Origin: Haliotis cracherodii
Taxonomy: Eukaryota
NCBI RefSeq assembly: GCF_022045235.1
Contig: NW_027266270.1
Coordinates: 8,122,001 to 8,186,000 of the forward strand
DNA length: 64,000 nt
Direction of reading: 5' to 3'
Part shown: piece after piece, positions 61,901-64,000 of the stretch
Layout: each line of letters starts with the position of its first letter
Position numbering within the stretch: position 1 is the stretch's first letter
Notes under the pieces: model-generated
Told to the model about the DNA's origin: nothing
The model's database searches: none
Seen by the model: only the letters and a program-made list of their open reading frames with translations
Program-made: the position numbers and the translations under genes

Positions 61901-64000
61901 CAGCATTATACTTTACATTACTCTGACGTCATAACCATTCAGATGAATGAAATTCATAGGAACTAATAGATAAACAAAACCAAATGTCAATCTAATTGAC
62001 ATTCGCTTAAAACCACAAAAATTAGAATACTGCCACCAACCATCAATATTTTTAACAACCTTTTTATGACTTATACATTATTCTTATTCTTATTTTACCT
62101 TGAAACCATAAAATATAAAACACCATGTTACATCCAATATTTGTAAAATAGATATATTCAAAGAAATCAAATTATGACATTAAAATATCCTCAAAATATC
62201 ACTACGTTAAGAGCATTGTCCAGAATCGAATGCATCGCAGTATAATGTTTTGTGAATGGTAAAGAGTAATCATGGCACAAACCTGTCAAATTGCTTAGGG
62301 CATTACCCAATACGATATCGTTCAATCATTTTTCAAAGCTGTTATGTGATGTGATTTCGCTGTGACATCTTCTGATTCGGGATTCATTATCATTCGTTTT
62401 GTGTCACCATCTACAGAATGTTCAAACGTAAGTCCCCCTGAGCACGGCGATCTGGAATGCACGGATGTCAACAGTACAAGACTGTGTCAGCTGAAATGTG
62501 AAGACGGCTATGACTTCGACCGATCCCCACTGTCTGTGTATAAGTGTGGGCTGGAGACGGGATACGAATGGAGCTATGTTATCGAAGACAACCCACATGG
62601 ACGATTCCCCAGTTGTATTGGTAGGTTCATTAGCTGATATGAGTGAGTGAGTTAGATTTACGCCTCTTTTAGCAATATTCCAGCAATATCATGACAGAAA
62701 TTGGCTTCACATATTGTACCAATGTTGGTAATCGAACCCTGACCTTCGACACGAAGGGCGGACTCTTAAACCACAAGGCTACATCCACCTCTCTGCCTAA
62801 CAAATGTCGGAAGCAAGTCAACAATTCTGATTATTTGTAGGATTTGAGTGTGTGACTTTGAGTTTTGTTTAATGCTTCTTTGAACAGTATTCCAGGCCCC
62901 TGGGCTCAATGTTGAAGTGATGCAGGTCTCATTGTTACCACATAGGGGAAACCTACGGGCATGGGTATGGCGTTGACAAACCTAAAGACATAATTGAGCG
63001 AACCAGGATTCGTATCAACAATTATAGTTTTCTAGCTTGCCCAAGGGCCACAATTCTGAACAGTCTCAGTTGACTGGCCAACTTGTGCCCCCGGATTGGA
63101 ATGAACTATTGGTGAGTAAACCTTGGCCATGCGATATTGTACAGGCACACACAACCTGTGGTCGTTTTCGTTGTGGGTGTAAGCGACGATGCTTGGACAT
63201 CTCAGGAATATTAAATTATATGTATCTCCTTTAGAGCTCTAGGGAGTTAGCCTGATTGTTAAATCGATAGCTCAAGGAACATTTACGGTTTTGAAACTTA
63301 ATCCATGTACATATCATCCTTGAAGCATGGCTGGGAGTTTGATAGGTCGTCAGTGCTCTACCTGAAGGAAAAAGTGAGATTATTCGTGAAGTATGTTTGC
63401 TGCATGAATGCATGTAGTGGTTACATTATTTGAATACTTATGTGTCAAAAATGGTGACAATTGTATGATATTACTAGTTGGTCATGGTGACGTATCCTGT
63501 AAGGTCAAGTTCACTCTTCAACCTCAGCATATCAACTTCAGAACCACCAGCATATCAAGCGAACGACTTTTCTTGTGTGAAATCTGATGGCAAACTATTA
63601 TTTTTATTATTATAAATACTGTTCAAAACGACCTGTGGAGAATCCGGAAAAGAACCTTTGCTTGTAGGGGCGACTGATATATAAAATTTAATTGGTAAGT
63701 CTCTCCCACTCGGTTGATTGTATGGAACTATGTCCCCATATGTGGGGATCCATGCTCATGGTGTCAATCCCTGTGTAGCCTGGCCATACTCAACTATATA
63801 AAGACCGCCGACATGAAGCTGGAATCTTACTGGATGCGACGTTAAGCAACCAGCAAGCTAAACTACACTTATAGAATTACTTAGGTATTCCTTTGCAGCG
63901 ATAGAGGATCCAGAGGAATTGGAGATTAAATTCGAGGAAGAGTATGAAGACCTTGAGTGCATTGATGACAATGGGGCTGACCGGAAGTCGAAGGTGTTAC
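28891..64000 (+). CDS. Gene B: large SVEP1-like secreted protein (HYR/CCP/Cys-rich/pentraxin/EGF/TSP1), at least 20 exons, 3' end outside the window
   Basis: Exons from 32923 to 63899 splice with consistent GT-AG phases and no stops. The exon 1/2 join needs the acceptor at 32820 or an unseen small exon. Confidence 0.85.
29249..29387. mobile_element. PIF/Harbinger-like MITE; related copy at ~60203-60305
   Basis: TIRs ggccctgttccacaaag ... ctttgtggaacgggacc; both copies lie inside SINE sequence. Confidence 0.6.
30225..32326 (-). mobile_element. Tc1 transposon, decayed, with a nested TIR element
   Basis: TIRs tactcaa(a/c)cg(a/c)aaagaaacgcaagt; RPRVTT, VIFSDES, FQQDHARPH, PIEH|V, GHTRY motifs. 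Confidence 0.85.
30612..31304. mobile_element. Non-autonomous TIR element (TGT...ACA) with 5-bp TSD ATGCT
   Basis: ~85-bp TIRs built from aaattgtaata units; ATGCT at 30607-30611 and 31305-31309; splits the Tc1 PIEHV motif. Confidence 0.85.
32503..32745 (-). mobile_element. SINE family with (AAAC)n tail; other copies at ~29418-29610, 49557-50050, 51595-51790, 52900-53085, 53585-53780, 56585-56825, 60310-60490 and 63650-63860
   Basis: Shared core ggtcaggctcgctgacttggttga...ccagactcgattatttacagaccgccgtcatatagctggaatattgctgagtgcggcgttaaacaacaaac. Confidence 0.8.
32821..32923 (+). CDS. Gene B exon: propeptide, furin-type site and hydrophobic segment (alternative acceptor gives start 32816)
   Basis: KDVQVLPKRRRKRWFFIPIIIGIIFSFKRPGPPP; donor g|gtaat is in phase with D-RSPPVVTCP at 47334. 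Confidence 0.65.
33062..33325 (-). mobile_element. tRNA(Leu)-like SINE with TSD ccctagtcaagag; related copies at ~30055-30160, 55020-55170, 58800-59411 and 62880-63080
   Basis: Head gtcgtctaaggcgccg..gtgggttcgaatccc on the minus strand; (TCAC)n tail; flanking direct repeats ending at 33061 and 33351. Confidence 0.85.
34555..34873 (-). promoter_or_regulatory. CCAAT-rich promoter-like cassette, copy 1 (copy 2 at 41441-41577; copy 3 inverted at ~44223-44530)
   Basis: Multiple ctgattgg boxes; shared ttttccatagg..accatgggagagaa.gcacaac motif; TATA-like tataaaaa on the minus strand at ~34587-34594. Confidence 0.6.
35101..35590 (-). pseudogene. Polinton adenain-like (C5) cysteine protease
   Basis: YMVNTDSSDQPGTHWVSIY, EMMDSYG, Q..STLCG: His/Asp/Cys triad pattern. 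Confidence 0.85.
35640..36411 (-). pseudogene. Polinton major capsid protein (double jelly-roll, PY/hexon-like), central part deleted
   Basis: CECSKAQLDLLTVPP; HSLFSEVRV; YPYIAYLITLLSYG; ELTGRLHFDLFLQDRYLLDGV joined directly to LDLTPD..GKLGLEVQF..LICYEEYENVLEID. Confidence 0.85.
36560..36850 (-). pseudogene. Polinton small basic/amphipathic core-type ORF
   Basis: GQGGSDIKVYKGLYHQCG..GILKIALPFLK..LVSDVVAGK pattern between penton and MCP. Confidence 0.55.
36862..37820 (-). pseudogene. Polinton minor capsid/penton (PZ-like)
   Basis: FYMTLPSDASMDIYQNNT..WEVGISE; VEDQIVGNRIAPLL; IIDDAGRPVSFQMGKAIVTLHFRRRR*. Confidence 0.78.
37900..38130 (-). pseudogene. Polinton small membrane-protein ORF remnant
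   Basis: QIMVIYGMIIMSMVQLALDHGAKQLWTALLSS..GYILPPP; a hydrophobic ORF located after the integrase. Confidence 0.5.
38321..39160 (-). pseudogene. Polinton retroviral-type (DDE) integrase
   Basis: GFKYLLWVIDVLSKMAWVQPLK; LQTDKGKEFVNRPF; KAVVVER; PPAYQIKDDHDEVLKGTFYPEEIQ. Confidence 0.88.
39180..39440 (-). pseudogene. Polinton conserved small basic ORF
   Basis: CFTIVVRNLRAGCVPLKAQQRAWLQRHKDTL..LIQ..GILAGVL pattern upstream of the integrase. Confidence 0.55.
39740..40415 (-). pseudogene. Polinton A32/FtsK-like DNA packaging ATPase
   Basis: LHHPFMMFIAGPTGSGKS (Walker A); LVINDL (Walker B); FTKKRHHLNTSVLYLTQNMF; RTISLN..FKIRE. Confidence 0.9.
40575..41400 (-). pseudogene. Polinton accessory low-complexity ORF: Gln-rich frame with many TAG stops, overlapped by the open Ala/Thr frame 40692-41189
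   Basis: MTDADHREMADIMEERLALHEQ..YPPWVLNLHPQQQQQPHPQQQ..LCGDCDEGCHPLFSHC in one frame. Confidence 0.5.
41740..44085 (-). pseudogene. Protein-primed family B DNA polymerase (pPolB), fragmented, N-terminal part largely deleted
   Basis: KGYFPHLFN; YCQSDVDILRRGC; HIQHAKNGGEK; DGYD..VYEFMCCFWHGC; KLEASGYP; NPGLRAHAK..SLWGKFGQR; YFDMDSVIY; PKNYAF; CKVRGFTLNY. Confidence 0.92.
44545..44830 (+). pseudogene. BIR (inhibitor-of-apoptosis) domain remnant carried by the Polinton
   Basis: HQSFESRVTLFEAWPMQKAQTAKDVA, then after a frameshifting deletion GTDRMFCFHCSV. Confidence 0.65.
45441..46022 (-). mobile_element. 5'-truncated Penelope-like element with inverted pLTR piece and 12-bp TSD
   Basis: Minus frame HIRDNPSHNIQWERVTTL..RKLQEAINIKRLQPSINRDQGY (GIY-YIG C-terminus); inverted repeat ~45477-45558 vs 45943-46025; cactgattcaaa at 45429-45440 and 46023-46034. 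Confidence 0.85.
47334..47463 (+). CDS. Gene B exon: HYR N-terminal half
   Basis: DRSPPVVTCPMDI..VYWNDGDASAYDSKDG; cag| ... gc|gtaag. Confidence 0.88.
48071..48195 (+). CDS. Gene B exon: HYR C-terminal half (absent from ORF track)
   Basis: SGYLFGEGRTSITYTARDRAGNMGSCVMTVTV; phase 2 to phase 1. Confidence 0.88.
48541..48732 (+). CDS. Gene B exon: CCP/sushi
   Basis: IRCSPG..YGTNCNYGCYYGY..RECKQNGHWSTAVEPACE. Confidence 0.92.
49162..49344 (+). CDS. Gene B exon: CCP/sushi
   Basis: TCPPQ..CSYMCKTGY..VCAYDGQWRGAIPECV. Confidence 0.92.
   Translation: MPRVHLNPLHRMPRLRALMALTSRVRVPTCAKPDMTSNLESHVSEYVHMMVSGEVQFQNV
50165..50419 (+). CDS. Gene B exon: HYR
   Basis: DSEPPKFTSCP..WDVPAVTDNS..YTAADSAGNKARECKFKVVVK. 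Confidence 0.92.
50716..50919 (+). CDS. Gene B exon: CCP/sushi
   Basis: LKCF..CPEGYRHGSTCSFSCTGNYVLEGAKATTC..W..PYC. Confidence 0.9.
51956..52165 (+). CDS. Gene B exon: CCP-like
   Basis: TCRELSPPTNGALACD..FCQMQC..VCGESGDW..LPPCT. Confidence 0.9.
53132..53301 (+). CDS. Gene B exon: unnamed domain
   Basis: SRRPRDTIMSVLFYYDGPCTEESAQNQIKTNFLNAFKESPFSETLGQSGRTIANVK; cag| ... aag|gtaag. Confidence 0.85.
53816..54107 (+). CDS. Gene B exon: furin site plus linker domain
   Basis: VTCGSSDKGRRKRETRVTV..ELDCPLDTFPSYNTYSC. Confidence 0.88.
54802..54963 (+). CDS. Gene B exon: ephrin-receptor-like Cys-rich repeat
   Basis: GCGEGLYY..CKECPIGTYQPEAEGRGCIQCPDGRTT..C. Confidence 0.92.
55246..55407 (+). CDS. 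Gene B exon: ephrin-receptor-like Cys-rich repeat
   Basis: KCQLGHFSENGVEPCTPCSQGQY..GSTECSAC..GSDSVTSC. Confidence 0.92.
56009..56222 (+). CDS. Gene B exon: pentraxin/LamG part 1
   Basis: FDVAVSS..GFELRFWL..; cag| ... gg|gtaagt (phase 2). Confidence 0.78.
57151..57314 (+). CDS. Gene B exon: pentraxin/LamG part 2
   Basis: LNTSRWYQININYINNTLSISVDE..ILVSMG; phases match the neighbouring exons. Confidence 0.78.
57881..58294. repeat. ~88-bp tandem repeat, about 4.7 copies
   Basis: ggataat recurs at 57970, 58047, 58135 and 58223 within near-identical units. Confidence 0.92.
58351..58521 (+). CDS. Gene B exon: pentraxin/LamG part 3
   Basis: GAGFEGSVSQVNMW..GDVFNWKDF..PSECD. Confidence 0.85.
59430..59657 (-). 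mobile_element. tRNA-headed SINE with Meta/MESC-like central domain
   Basis: Minus strand tggcgctcggcattaaggg..ggactggtcggctcggagtcagtatactgtgtctgagtgggg; tRNA-like head at ~59585-59657. Family name recalled, not searched. Confidence 0.55.
59916..60146 (+). CDS. Gene B exon: two calcium-binding-type EGF domains
   Basis: DTDECLSSPCIHGDCNDDLNSYTCSCEDGYHGANCDVNMDDCLENECTNGATCVDGVAEYTCRCTPEYTGQYC. Confidence 0.93.
60563..60733 (+). CDS. Gene B exon: TSP1
   Basis: VHGHWTAWGNWTECSTSCGPGERTRARRCDNPQPQNGGEDCEG..CP. Confidence 0.94.
62417..62620 (+). CDS. Gene B exon: CCP-like
   Basis: CSNVSPPEHGDLEC..CQLKCEDGYDF..YKCGLETGYEW..FPSC. Confidence 0.9.
63899..64000 (+). CDS. Gene B exon running off the window
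   Basis: cctttgcag| phase 1; IEDPEELEIKFEEEYEDLECIDDNG..., open to the window end. Confidence 0.7.

Noticed and set aside
60850-62300. AT-rich intronic block that may be a transposon remnant
   Set aside because: No termini, TSD or coding motif could be identified.
10903-64000. Single giant gene, or orthology to SVEP1
   Set aside because: A stop at 26191-26193 and a second signal-peptide exon at 28891 indicate two genes; no VWA domain or long CCP array is seen, so no symbol was assigned.

Overview
Repeat-rich animal genomic DNA, most likely a mollusc: the SINE tails and domain content suggest a gastropod such as abalone (inference, not verified). Two head-to-tail, + strand, multi-exon genes for secreted Cys-rich extracellular proteins can be spliced by hand with consistent phases. 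Gene A (10903-26193) reads signal peptide, TSP1, EGF, CCP, EGF, HYR, CCP-like, unnamed domain, stop. Gene B (28891 to beyond 64000; SVEP1-like architecture without a visible VWA) reads signal peptide, RRRKR plus a hydrophobic peptide, HYR, 2xCCP, HYR, 2xCCP, unnamed domain, RRKR, Cys-rich repeats, pentraxin/LamG, 2xEGF, TSP1, CCP. Intron 2 of gene B holds a bounded but decayed 11.6-kb Polinton/Maverick (adintovirus-like) element at 33549-45186 with AGTAGT-type termini and a 6-bp TSD. It carries pPolB, packaging ATPase, integrase, penton, major capsid and adenain protease remnants, a BIR (IAP) remnant, a cryptic Gln-rich gene and a CCAAT-rich promoter-like cassette present in three copies. The rest is nested mobile DNA: a Penelope-like element split by an intron-containing Crypton, a probable non-autonomous Crypton partner, a tRNA-bearing pseudo-LTR element, an 8.4-kb CACTA-like element with nested Tc1s, further Tc1s, MITEs, several SINE families, a second Penelope fragment with an inverted hammerhead-like pLTR, and tandem repeats. 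All calls come from manual reading; no database searches were run.
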